A program made the translations under genes and the position numbers. Below are positions 26,427 to 40,184 of a stretch of 64,000 bases of DNA, piece by piece. Positions within the stretch are counted from its first letter, which is position 1; each line of letters begins with the position of its first letter. Under the pieces are notes generated by a model that saw only the letters and a program-made list of their open reading frames with translations, was not told the DNA's origin and searched no databases. The DNA comes from Octopus sinensis (taxonomy: Eukaryota): contig NC_042997.1 of the NCBI RefSeq assembly GCF_006345805.1, positions 181,970,001 through 182,034,000 of the forward strand, in the 5' to 3' direction.

Positions 26427-26814
26427 GGGTGGCGAGCTGGCAGAAACGTTAGCATGCCGGGCGAAATGCTTAGCAGTATTTCGTCTGTCGAGGTTGACTT
26501 TGCCTTTCAAACTTTTGGGGTCGATAAATTAAGTACCAGTTACGCACTGGGGTCGATGTAATCAACTTAATCCATTTGTCTGTCCTTGTTTGTCCTCTCT
26601 GTGTGTAGCCCCTTGTGGGTAATAAAGAAATAGGTACTTCATCTGTCTTTACGTTCTGAGTTCAAATTCCGTCGAGGTCGACTTTGCCTTTCATCCTTTC
26701 AGGGTTGATAAATGAAGTACCAGTTATGCACTGGAGTCGATGTAATTGACTTAATCCATTTGTCTTCCCTTGTTTGTCCTCTCTGTGTGTAACCCCTTGT
26801 GGGCAATAAAAGAA
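26427..26814 (+). mobile_element. SINE type B dimer
   Basis: One head and two tandem bodies. Confidence 0.9.
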
Positions 26815-27053
26815 ATAAGATTGTGGTTTTGGTTCCTGGACTGGCTGATGCATTGTCTTCGTAAACAAAACATTTCATTTCAAGTTACTCCAGTGCACTC
26901 AGCTGGTACAAAAGAATAAACATGCAATGGACAGTTTCCCATACAGGAATAAATATTTACACCAGAGAAACTGGAAAACTGACCCAATGCTCTTTATGGA
27001 GGAATGTGGACTAACCAGTATAGAAGTTTGTGTGTGTGGGGTTAATCTTTTAA

Positions 27054-27274
27054 CCCTTTCGTTACTAACCCGGCTGAAACTGGCTCTGGCTCTGTAGTAC
27101 AAATGTCTTGTTTTCATAAGTTTTGAATTAAAATCTTCCACCAAACCTTACTCACAATTTATGTTCCTAACACTAGATTAATGATAACTAAGTTATTTTA
27201 CTTAACTCTTTGTTATATTTAAAGTAATTGAAAGAAACACAGAGCATCTCAAAATAAATACAGTAATGAAAGGG
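27054..27274. mobile_element. piggyBac-type MITE
   Basis: TTAA|ccctttcgttact ... agtaatgaaaggg|TTAA; the same left end recurs at 61860. Confidence 0.8.
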
Positions 27275-27499
27275 TTAAATTAACCCATATATTAGACTGG
27301 TACTTCCTTTTATCAACTAGGAAATGGTGAGAGGCAAAGTTGATCTTGGTAAGATTTTAACTCAGGACATAAAGACCTGGAACAAATACCACAAGGCAAT
27401 TTTTATCTGATGCTCTAATGATACTGGCAATCCTCTGTCCTTAGCAAAATTTCATCACCATCATTATTTAACATCAGCTTTTCTATGTTTTGCATTGGT

Positions 27500-27735
27500 C
27501 AAACGTGATGTGGTGGACAATGAAAAACCAGGCTGATGACAGTCAAGGCTGATCTGGAACCCAACCCAGGTCCCCATATCTATGGCATTCGCCGCTGGAA
27601 TAAGGAGTGGTTGGAGATCACGCGATCATTAGCCTCAAATCGCCAGGTCTGGTTGGTGTTTGTGAGAGATGCAGCATTGAGGATGAATGAAGCCAGCTCA
27701 ACCCACCCCGGGTGAATGCTGTCACAAGATAAGCA
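27500..27735 (+). pseudogene. RTE LINE 3' end fragment
   Basis: Reads ...GP.IYG.RRW..EW...LASNR..W...VRDAA...ASSTHPG*. Confidence 0.55.
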
Positions 27736-29665
27736 GAGAATTTGTTGTTCATACAGTTAAAGGAACTAAATAAGTAAGTTTACTCTAGTTGTCATGTTAA
27801 GTTTCTTCTTTTTAGGACAATACACTGAAGTGAACTATATTAAGTCACTGTGGTACTTTTTATCTACTCAACTATTCATCATAAATTTAACAGAGCTAAA
27901 TTGAATTAGTGAGAAATGTATGCACTTTTGAACGCTTGTTTATGATTTGTCTCACTCTCTGAGATTTTGTATTGTGAACAAGTCCATTATTCATGTTATG
28001 TTTTGAGATTTTCCACTTTGTCCATTTCAATTTCTGGCATTCATCAGTTATTTATATTATCATCCCATTAGATACATTTAGATACGCAACTTTGCTGATG
28101 CTATCACAACATACAATTTTTATTTAATAAATTATAGTTGCAGGCTTGGGTGTGTGGTTAAGAAGCTTGTTTTCCAACCATGTCGTCTTGGGTTCAGTCC
28201 CACTGTACAGCAAATTGGGCAAGTGTTTTCTACTACAGACCTAGGCTGACCAAAACCTTGTGAGTGGATTTGTTAGATGGAAACTGAAAGAAGCCTGTCA
28301 TATATGTATGTGTGTGTGTGTGTGTATGTGTATGTGTACATATCGCCCGCCACTTTTGTTGTTTAAATAAGATAAATCGTAACATAGTAGAAGTAATGGA
28401 AATTGTTTCTGGGATAGTATATATGCAAAAATTAACATAATTGTAATGTGTCTCATTTACATTGAGAGGATAATTTTATTTAAATTATTTTTGATTTAAA
28501 TTAAATTTTGTAGTTAGTTAGTTAGTTAGTTAATTTTTTGGCTCAAAAAGCAAAAAGCAAAAAGCAAGGCCATTGAGATGAAATCGTCGCAGATAGAGCT
28601 TTACGGAATGACCCCGCAGCCGACGTAGTTTAAGATTTTGAGGAAAATATTAATAAAAAATTTTTGCTTATAAAGTAATGGGTATAGAAATATTTTTTTA
28701 TATGTACTGAGAAGGATGAAGATTATATGGTTTAACTATTGTAAAATTTAAATTTTGTACCTTTTGCATAACGGTTTAATAATATTATTTAATAAATATG
28801 TATACCCTTGTCTAGACATAATGTGATTAATACAAATGAGCATCATCATCATATAAGTGAGGTTGTTCATTTCTAGTCTTCCATGAAAAACATGTCTGGC
28901 CCATGGAAAATTATTACTTTACTAGGAAACAGTGAGGGTTGGGGACTGGAAAGGCATACATAAACAACAAATGAGGGGACATAACTAGTGCAATAATGTT
29001 TTACTTGTTTCAGTCATTGGACTGTGGCCATACTGGGGCATCACCTTGAAAGTACTTTTTTTTTAAAGCCTGATTCTTATTTTAATGGCCTCTTTTGCTG
29101 AACCTCTAAGCTATGGGGACACAAACAAACCAACATTGATTGTCAAGTTGGATAAACACAAACACAAAGACACATGCACGCATGCACATACATACATACA
29201 TACATACATACATACACACATACATGCATGAATACATACCTACTTACATACATACATGCATACATGCATACATACATGCATACATACATACATACATACA
29301 TACATGCATGAATACATACATACTTACATACTTACATACATACATACATACACACATACATGCATGAATACATACATACTTACATACATACATACATACA
29401 TACATACTACATGCATACATACACACATACATGCATGAATACATCCATGAATACATACATACTTACATACATACTTACATATATACATACATACATACAT
29501 ACATACATACATTGCTTTGAGGTGTATTTAATCAAATGAATAGATCCCAGGACTTATTTTTTTAAAGCTTGACACTTATTCTATCCATTACTTTTGCTGA
29601 ACCGCTAAGTCACGGGAATGTAAACAAACCAAGATCAGTCATCAAGCAATGGTGGGGGCCAGACA

Positions 29666-29698
<33 letters not shown>

Positions 29699-30586
29699 CG
29701 GGTTTCTTCCAGTTTCCATTTACCAAATCTACTCACTGAGCCTGGGTTTATAGTAGGAGACACTTGCCCAAGGTGCCAAGCAGTAGGACTGAACCTGGAA
29801 CGATGTGATTAGGAAGCAAACTCCTTACAACACCTTACAACATAGCTGCGCGAACAATTGGAAACACATGGATACTAGAGTGACCTAATTTATCTTTACT
29901 AATTGCATGAACAAAAGAGAAAATGTGATTGTCACAATAAGCTGATGAGTAAAACGTAGAATCAAGAACCGAAAGAATGAGAATATCACAGTGACCTAAT
30001 TTAGTGAAAGTTGAACTGTAATGATCAACTTTCTTAAAATGACATCATGCATATTAATGACAACTGGAAATCTTGGAATAATCTCAGTTCTGATAATTTG
30101 AACATCATACAGTTCAATGGTTTTTTGCATAAAATACAAAAATATGGAAATATTCCTTTCAAAGAAAATTTTAAGAAATTTTTTTCAGATATTCAATAGT
30201 AGTGAAATAAATGTATACAACAGACTTCGGTTTAAGTGGAAATTTATTTCATGAAAACAGAGAGTAAATTGCTATTTTTAAATCAGTATGGAATATCTTC
30301 GTTAAAAATAATTGAATCAAAATTGGGCTAATGGGCCTAAGACAGACTACTGAGCTGCAAAAGTATCTAAACATTAAAGTTTCAATCAATGTGATTGTTA
30401 AACACTATGCCAGTCCTGATTGAGGAGATATGTGACTGTAAGTATTACATCAATAGCCATCTTATCTGTTTGGAGGAATCATGGACTTCCTTCTAAAACA
30501 TCTCCCATTATCTCAAGCTTGCTAAAGATTAATGCAGTTGTGTATGTGTGTATGTGTGCGTGTGTACATACATACATACATACATA

Positions 30587-30995
30587 TCTTTATATATAAA
30601 AGTGAGGTTGTGTGCTGTCTGTCTCCTACGATTTAGATTCCTAACTACTCCCACATTTTGCGGTGCAGTTTAACCAAAACCGGGTATCTTATAGTCGTGA
30701 TTCATATCGAGCCCTTCTAGGTATTAGTGCGGGTCTACGATGAGTCTACGATTAGTCTACGATTTAAAAAAAAATTTACCATCAATTTTTCCCATTTTTA
30801 ATGCATTTTTAGCATATATAAGGGAAGTAACTCTCTAAAAATTTATTATTAAATCTCAGAACATAAAAAGCTACAGTAACCCCCCCCCCCTTTGTGGTTA
30901 GCCATATTGAGATGGCTATTATACTTTACATCTCTAAAAATGCTTATATAGTTATTTCCCTTACAAACCCGAGCAACGCCGGGCGATACTGCTAG
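30587..30995 (+). mobile_element. Non-autonomous Helitron-type element
   Basis: A|TC 5' end, subterminal hairpin cccgagcaacgccggg, CTAG|T 3' end, no TSD. Confidence 0.85.
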
Positions 30996-31002
30996 TATAT
31001 AT

Positions 31003-31266
31003 ATATATAAAATATAAATAGAGATAAAACTACTATTATGCAATTCAAACAGTGATAGACATAAACCAAAACATAAATAACAAATAATATATATTTTTAT
31101 AAAACATATAACTAGATCTCAAAAAGTATAAAAATGAAACACTTTTTGAGATGTAGTTATATGTTTTATAAGAATATATATTATTTGTTATTTATGTATT
31201 GGTTTATGTCTATCACTGTTTGAGTTGCATAATAGTGGTTTTATCTCTAATTTATATTTTATATAT
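31003..31266. repeat. Long palindrome: about 125-bp arms, 13-nt spacer
   Basis: Arms 31003-31127 and 31141-31266 differ at about 6 positions. Confidence 0.95.
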
Positions 31267-31338
31267 TTATATTGTGAAATTTGATTTAGTACTAAATTGA
31301 ATTTTTCTCTGTAAGTTTGGAGTTATACTCCCAAATAT

Positions 31339-31381
<43 letters not shown>

Positions 31382-32582
31382 CAAAACGCCCTCCCCACCA
31401 TCTAATGGACGGTGCTGAGTTGTCAAACATTTAAACCAAATTTTCTCAAAACAACTTGTCCGACCGTCCCATAGGCCTCCCCTTTGAGAAACACTGATTT
31501 AACCTAAATTTGAGACACCAGCAAAAGAAGAAATAAAGATAGACTTTTTTCTATTCCAAAGAAAAACGATTTTATTCACTTTATCGATCACATTCTCACC
31601 TGGAATCGATTTTTGTAATTTTTTCAAGACTTATACACTCTCTGATACCGTCGGTATCTACATATCAAATTTGAGTGCAATTGGATGGAGGATGCCCGAG
31701 ATCTTAGAAGACACACACACACACAGACAAAATGGATTTTATATAATAGATATACATACATATATATCAAGTATGTACCGTCAGTAATTGCTCAGTGTAG
31801 GCAGTTGGTGAAGTTTATGTAGTAAAACACACAAAAAATTAAGTGAAACACAGGTGCGTGACTGGTATGGAGGTAGAATTACTTCAGCCTTTATAGCACA
31901 TAAAGAAAACGTTGTTGTAGGAATGTACACAGCACATGTACTACAGCAGTACTATGCATAGTTTTAATACTGAAACTGAATGGCAGGAGTGAATTATGCC
32001 AACCTAATCTACAAAAAGAAATAAGATATTTTGCATTTTATGCATAGCAATCAGAGTAACCTTCATAATTTTATTGAATTAGGTGCATATTTTGCCATAA
32101 AAGGAAAACGTTACTTTCGATCTATTTTATTCAGGGTAGGCATTGCCTACCTTGCCTACCCAGGTGGCATGTCCCTGATATCTATTTATAGTTATTTTGA
32201 ATATAGAGATACCTCTAGAAAGGATGTTATCATCCAAGCTTCACCAGTTTAATCTTATATATTGATGTAAAAGTTCATGAGTCCAGTATAACTTAATGGT
32301 ATTGGTGTTTATTGATTAACTATGGAAACAATTGTAGGTTACAGAGAATTTTGACAAAATGTAAATAAATTGAATTTTATCAGTTAAAACACTCCATTTT
32401 CTCCTTATAATATATTATATCATATATATATATATATATATATACACATCTGCAATAATTTCTACTTATTTATTAGTATCTAACAGAAGTAACAGAGTAA
32501 CTCAAGGGCCAAAAGTTTCATGCATTAAAATATACTTATAGTCTATTTTGAGATCTATTTTTCCTTGTTGCATCACCATACC

Positions 32583-32619
<37 letters not shown>

Positions 32620-34719
32620 CTCATGTATGTATGTATGTATGTGTGTGTGTGTGTGTGTGTGTATGTGTGCATGCATGTATGTATGTATGTATGTATGTAT
32701 GTTATCTGAAGTGTAAAGTATTATATATCCATTACTGCTGATCTTATCAATCAGTTTTGCACTAGGGATTTAATGGAATGTTAGGTCATAATCTGATTAT
32801 GTAACCCTGCACTCATCAGATGTAGCTGCTACTGGGTTTGTTTTGTGCTAGAAGCACTATCGAGGTCTATTATGTTTGACTAAAAAACCCTTCAAGGAGG
32901 CACCCCAGCATGGCTACACTCCAATAACTGAAACAAGTGAAAGACACAGACTGAATTTGCCTACGAACCTCAGCTTTTTGAAGACTACTAAAAAACCTTA
33001 ATAACATAACCAAGTATTTTGGGTAAAAATGTGAACTTATAATCTGGATTGGGAAGTTGGTTTCTGAGCAGTTGTCCATGATTATTCTTTTTCTCACTCA
33101 TTTTAAAAGGATTATTGTTCTTCATAGGTCAGTTTATATTTATGTCTGCAAGCATGCATATATGTATCTATATATGCAGAAAAGTGCCTTAAGGACATTG
33201 TCTTTTATTTCTTATATTTCTCACTCAAATCCAATTTCTTATCAGTTAAAAATATTAAAATGATTTGATTTAGTAAAATTCCAAATTATATATGCTTCTA
33301 TATATGTTGACCAATCAGAATGTTCCACCATAAACCTAAAATATCTTCTCATTTTTATACAACAATTATTCTCACAATACAAGAAATACTAAAAAAAATT
33401 GTAATCTTTATATTTTCCACATGGCTAAAACTGATCTCAGTGAGAAATTTTCAATAACCAGTCAATGAATTGCATTGTGGAATTCCTTCAGATCCATTCT
33501 TTTAGAATGTCTATCTTTTTGAGATTCCATACCATGAAACAATATACATAATAACTAAACTATATCTCACCTTCTCTAGCACTGAGTTAACCTTGAGTAA
33601 CTCTATACGACATTAGGATATACTATTAGAGCCGTATTGAAATGGAACACACGTATCAGTTATTATCTCTTTCTAGGGTTATAATGTGGTAACAATGGTT
33701 GAGTGTAGGATTAAATTTTTTAAAGTATTTCTTTCTGCTTCACTGAAATTTGATATATTCTTTATTTGTTGTTGTGGTTTATTCAGGAAAAACAAAAAAG
33801 AGTTAGTGTTCTTGAAGTTTAAAAAGCCTTCTGCAACTAATGAGATTGATACAGTAGATGTTCAGGCTCAACATTTTGTAAATTGATGTCAGACAGAAAA
33901 AAATGTGGACAGGAAGGAACGTCTGATGAGGAGAAAGGACTACTAGAAAAACTGGGGTGCAACACACATTATAAGTTACAAAAAGAGGTAAGATGAGTGT
34001 GTTACAGTTACTTGGATTTGTGGGAGATGGTTAGAACTACCAAGTCCCAAGGAGCAGAGGTTTTATAGCAGGCAAGATGAGGAAACAACACATCTCTAGA
34101 CCAATAACTTGTAAATGAATTTTTGCCAACCATTCAGCTGGCCTTCTTTTAGATGTGTCTGTGTGCATAGCTGCATTATTATCCTAGATATATTATCGGC
34201 CCAACTGTCAATGTATTAGCGTTTCTTTAAAGAAATCACATTCTACAGAGTAGTTTCCTTAAACTTCTGGCAATCTTCCAATTCTGGAAGGAATATTATT
34301 TCTTCACATTAAACTAGAGCATAATTATATTCAATAAATATTTTCCTACATACAGCTTTGCATTCCAGATAATAAAATATATTTGTATATGATTACATAC
34401 GTACATACATACATACATGCATGCATGCGTGCGTGTGTGTGTGTGTGTGTGTATGCATGTATGTGAGTATGCATACAGATGTGCATGTATATATGTATGC
34501 ATGTATGTATGTGTGTGTACATATGTGAGTATGCATGCAAATGTGTACATGTATATGTATGTGTGTGTAAATATGTGTATGTCTGTATGTTTGCATTTAT
34601 GTATGTACTTCTTTATGCATGTTTGTATGTGAGTATGCATGCATGCAAGTATGTACATGCAGACATACACATATGTACATATATGTATATGAGTGTCTAT
34701 GTATTTGTGTGAGTGTTTT

Positions 34720-34952
34720 GTTTTTTGTTTTTTGTTTTTGTTTTTCCAGTTTCAGCTCTTGAGCTGTGGCCATGCTGGGGCACCGCCATTGTGGTGAAAG
34801 AGTACAGCAGGGATCACCACCCCCTGCCGGAGCCTCGTAGAACTTTTAGGTGTTTTCGCTCAATAAACACACACAACGCCCGGTCTGAGAATCGAAACCG
34901 CGATCCTGCGACCGCGAGTCCGCTGCCCTAACCACTAGGCCATTGCGCCTCC
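34720..34952 (-). mobile_element. tRNA-derived SINE, type D (3' tail shared with type A)
   Basis: Head ggaggcgcaatggcctagtggttagggcagcggac...gtttcgattc; tail ggcggtgccccagcatggccacagctc...ctgaaac. Confidence 0.85.
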
Positions 34953-35032
34953 ACTGTGTGTTTATATACCTGATGCATATATGCTACTTTATATAGGGAA
35001 GCTTATTAATATGAAGGCATTTATACACATAT

Positions 35033-35440
35033 ACTCTTTTACTCATTGACTTGTTTCAGTCATTTGACTGTGGCTATGCTGGAGCACCACCTTTAGTCGA
35101 ACAAGTCGACCCCAGACTTATTCTTTGTAAGCCTAGTACTTATTCTTCTGGCGTCTTTTGCTGAACTGCTAAGTTACAGGGATGTAAACACACCAACATC
35201 TGTTGTCAAGCAATGATAGGGGGACAAACACAAACATATACACACATACAATATATATATATATTTATATACATATACAACAGGCTTCTTCCAGTTTCCG
35301 TCAATCAAATCCACTCACAAGGCTTTGGTCGTCTCAAGGCTATAGTAGAAGACACTTGCCCAAGGTGCCACGCAGTGGGACTGAACCCAGAACCATGTGG
35401 TTGGTAAGCAAGCTACTTACTACACAGCCATGCCTGCGCC
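35033..35440 (-). mobile_element. SINE type A
   Basis: Full-length match. Confidence 0.9.
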
Positions 35441-35657
35441 TATATATGTACATATTATATAAATGTGTGTGTATGTGTGTGTGCGTGTGTGTATGCATGT
35501 ATGTGTGTGTGTGCGTGTGTGTGTATGCATGTATGTGTGTGTGATAGATTTGTGTTTCAGGATTTGCTTGTACCATAATCTTGGCAATATGGTATGTTGA
35601 TTCCTGTCCAGGTCTCACTTCAGTGGCATGTATATGAATGTTTGTATGTGTGTATGC

Positions 35658-35716
<59 letters not shown>

Positions 35717-35910
35717 CAGATAGACAGACAGATAGATAGATGTGTATCCTTTCCTTGCATGAATATATTATTATAAATAAATGCATACATATATACATAC
35801 ACACATGCATACACACACACACATATATATGCATGTCTAGTTTGTATGTATATATGTATATGGATATATATATATAATATAGTATATATATATATATATA
35901 TAATATATAT

Positions 35911-35972
<62 letters not shown>

Positions 35973-36004
35973 TAATATGCATGTGTGAGGGTATTCACAT
36001 ATAC

Positions 36005-36035
<31 letters not shown>

Positions 36036-38810
36036 TGTATGTATATATGTATGTTTCCACTTCCTGATGGAGTTCTCAATGTTTATCTTAACCATCTGTC
36101 TACTCAGAAGCAAGGTTGTTGTACACAAAGGAGAAAAATAATTATAAGACAGACTGTGTTGTTTCTTTTTGTTTAGTTTTCTTTTCCTTTCTTTTTTCCC
36201 CCTTACATCCTTTACAAAACCATATACTTGTTAAATCTTATGAAGGTTTTGCAGATGTTTATTATCCCAGGTATGGTGATCTTGTCTTGCCCTCCAAGAA
36301 TTTAAGTTCAGCCATAATTCTTGATCTAAGTGTTTTATTGTATACGCTGTCTCTGTGATGATAATGGATGTAAAACTGTAACTGTTATTTTGTTTACTGG
36401 ATTTGTTAACACCTCATCAGTGATTCATTTATGCAATGTCTTTGGGGTTTTTTTCTCCTGTACAGTTTTGGTCATGTTGATGTCAAGTAGACAGCATGTA
36501 ATTATGTTTTATTTATAGATTTCTTGTCAATAGAGAAAGAGCTGGTTTCTGACTTAGATCCAAAGTTTCTTCATTGGAATTTAAACATCAACAGGGTAGT
36601 TACACATGGTTGTGTGTATGTGTGCAAGAGATTGGAGTCTGTGCAGGTGCAGATCTGTAAGTTTTGTTCTTATGTATGTATACTCATACATATAGTTGCA
36701 TGACTAAATATGTGCATATGTAATTATATGCTAAACTTTTGGAAAGTTTCGCATATTTTGACAGTTCTATTGATGTCGACGTCACAGGTGCCAAGCTGTA
36801 TTGGCCTTTGCCTTTCCCTTGGATAACACTAGTGGTGTGGAGAGGGGAGGCATGTATGCATGTGTGACTGCTGGTCTTCCATAAACAAACTTGCCCAGAC
36901 TTGTGCCTGGGAGGTTAACTTTCTAGGTCCAATCCCACGGTCTGTGTCATGACCGAAGAGTGTCTCAGATTGATGGCTTATGTCTGTAATTTTCTAATGA
37001 GTTTTTTCCTTTCTGGTTTTGTGAATCCTAATTTTTCAAGATTCATACTGAGGCAGTTTGTAACATATCTTAGTGTCTCAGTATGTATACTGGAATGTAA
37101 TATATGTCTGTCTGTCTGTATGTATGTATGTATGCATTTATGTAAATGAGTGAGTGTGTATGTGTGTGTGTTTGCATGCTTGTATATATGGTATTTGTCA
37201 GCATACAAGGTGCAGCCTCACATAAGCAGACCTCTATTTTATATATATATTCTGTGCAAAAAATAAATTTAGTATATTACCTTATACATATATATGAAAG
37301 ATATTTACAAGAGATTTGCAGTTGTAAAGGTATGATTCTGTGTATGTAAATACAATGCAGTAACAGTATACGAGAATGGAGCATAAAGCCATAAATTCAT
37401 CAAAGGATGATGCATGACAAATGTTAGGATGGAATAATGAGTATTCTCATTTGTATTAGAGTGTTGGTGGATTTGGCAACATGTTAGTCATTGACATAAA
37501 GAAGGGAGAAAGTGGAAGACAAAACCAAACCCTAGGGTACACCAATGTGGCAAGAATGAGGACAGAGAAGCATCTGTCAATATATATATGGCTGTACAGT
37601 GATCTAATAGGAAACTAGAAATCCAAGAGGCATGAGATGAGATGAGGTGGAGTCCTTAGATAAGCTGTTTTGATAGAAGACTGGCATGCCAAACACAATC
37701 AGAAGCTATGTTTATATTCTGATGTTGAGGGAGACTATATTGCTTTCCTCAAATTGTGCAACACTGCAATATCATTATTAACTAGCTGACCATGTGCCAT
37801 CAATAATGACAGCTAATTGTAGTATTTTATATATAAACAAGAGCACTCAGAGAGGGCAAGCCGCCACCAAGGCAACACCAACGTCCTCTAAACGATTAAC
37901 CAGAGATGATTTTTAAAATGAGAATATTTGAAATAAACTTGACTGCTCTCACAAATGAAAAGGCTAAAAATGAACTTAACTGCTCGCAAAAATTAGGTAA
38001 AATAACAGGAAAAATAATCCAGAATCCTTGTCCAGTACCAAAATCGAATCAGTTTGTGCCAGTCATGAGGCCAAACATACCTGAAAGTTTCATCTGAATC
38101 CATCCAGTGGTTCCTGAGATATCTTGTCCATGGACAAACAAACATAACTGAAAACAATACCTCTGCCTTCGCTAAGGCAGAGGTAATAACATACAAAATA
38201 AGGACATAATAATCACACATACAAACATTCACATACTTCCCTTGTAAATGCACACACATATACTCAGAGTTGATACACTGATTTTTTTCACCCCTTCCTT
38301 CATTATTCATCTATCACCCCTTCCTTTCTCTCATTGCTATTACTTTCTCTCACTCCCTCTCAGTCAGGGCTATTACTCTCTCTACTTCTCCTTCACTGAA
38401 TTACTATTTTGTCTCCTCCTCCACATCTGGCGTGATTCTGGACAAATATATATATATATATATGTATGTATGTATATATATACACAAATATATAAAAACA
38501 CTATGCTCATTATTATATAAAGAGATTATTACTACATAGCAAGTAAGAACTGCATAAACAGGGGTTAAGGCTGAAATAAAACTTTCTGAAGGTGACAAGA
38601 AATATCTTATGATTAAAAGCTTTAGAAAGAGCTTAACAACAAAGACAAAGAATATTATCTAGTTCAAAGTATGGACTCAAATCTAATTATCACACTGAAA
38701 TAATAATTCCATTTTACATTAAGGTCCAACATATCTGCCTCTAGTGGGAGTATACTGACAAAGCCAAAATATTTTACTAACTTCATTAAAGATTAATGTT
38801 ATAATGTGAA

Positions 38811-38867
<57 letters not shown>

Positions 38868-39527
38868 GTGTGTGTGTGCATGTGTGTATATGTATAGAAT
38901 ACATTTCACATATAGTTCATAGATATATATTCATACATACAGACACTTGCCCAAGGTGTCACACAGTGGGACTGAACCCGGAACCATGTGGTTGGTAATA
39001 TCTAATTGTATTGATATCAATGATATTTTGATATGTTTGTTATCTTCATTCTTAAGATACCTTGATAACTAAGTAATGATACCAAGTATATTTTAATATC
39101 TAAGTCTTTACACTGAAGATGTCTTGATATGTTTTATTCAGCAGCTGTTTCATTAGAGTAGACATTGTTAATTTTACTTGCATACATACAATACATAGTT
39201 AATTACTCTTGGTGATTTGAGTTAACATAGATTGTAAACTAATTTAAATTAATTTAATTCATATTGATTAATTATGTACTGCAATTATGTAAAATGGAAT
39301 TAATAATGTTTATCCTAATGAAACAGTCACTGAGCACAATTAAAGTATGCTGCACTATAAGATTATAATTCTGTACATTGGTTAATTAGTTAACTAGCTG
39401 ACTGATAATAAAAGTAAGCAAAATATAACCAGTGTGTATTTTTCTTTGCAAAATGACCCTCCCAAGGCACAATAACATTTATTTCAACACATGCTTTCAC
39501 ACCAAGAATCTTACAAAACATAATATG

Positions 39528-39576
<49 letters not shown>

Positions 39577-40184
39577 ACTGGAATGTTACCTGCTATTTAA
39601 CATAACTTTGGCAATATAACTTTTGAAGTATACTTTTACCCACCATAGATAATATCAGGAAATATGGCATACATGCAATAACTATACAGTAAATCCTCGA
39701 GTATAGTCCACCCTTGAGTATAATACGCAGGGGATTTTTAGGGGCTGTACCTCTGAAAAACCTAAACCTTGTGTATAATACGCACCTCTTCTCTAACTTG
39801 AGTCAAGGAGGTCTATATAATGTCCTTGGTTTGTAAAAATGTATACAGTAACATCCTTTATTATTATTGTATATATAACATAATGCAAACGTGTAGCTTT
39901 TTTGTGCATTTTGTTTGCAGAAAATAAAGAAATAACAGTAATAACGTTTAATAAATGTTGCTTACTGCAAGTTATGGATGATCTTTTTATGAATTCATTG
40001 CTTTCAGGCTTAGCTTAAGGTATTTTTGCAACCGACATCACAAAATGCGTCTGAATAAACATTGCCAGACAGCAAAAGTAGAGACTCGGACATTGCTTAG
40101 AAAATAATTTTCATTTTTAACCTCTTATATAGTACGCACTAGGGATTTTGACCTTTCAATTTTGGGAAAAAAATGTGGATTATA

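Noticed and set aside
29935-29990. ctgatgag...cgaaag
   Set aside because: The intervening sequence cannot form stem II; chance match.
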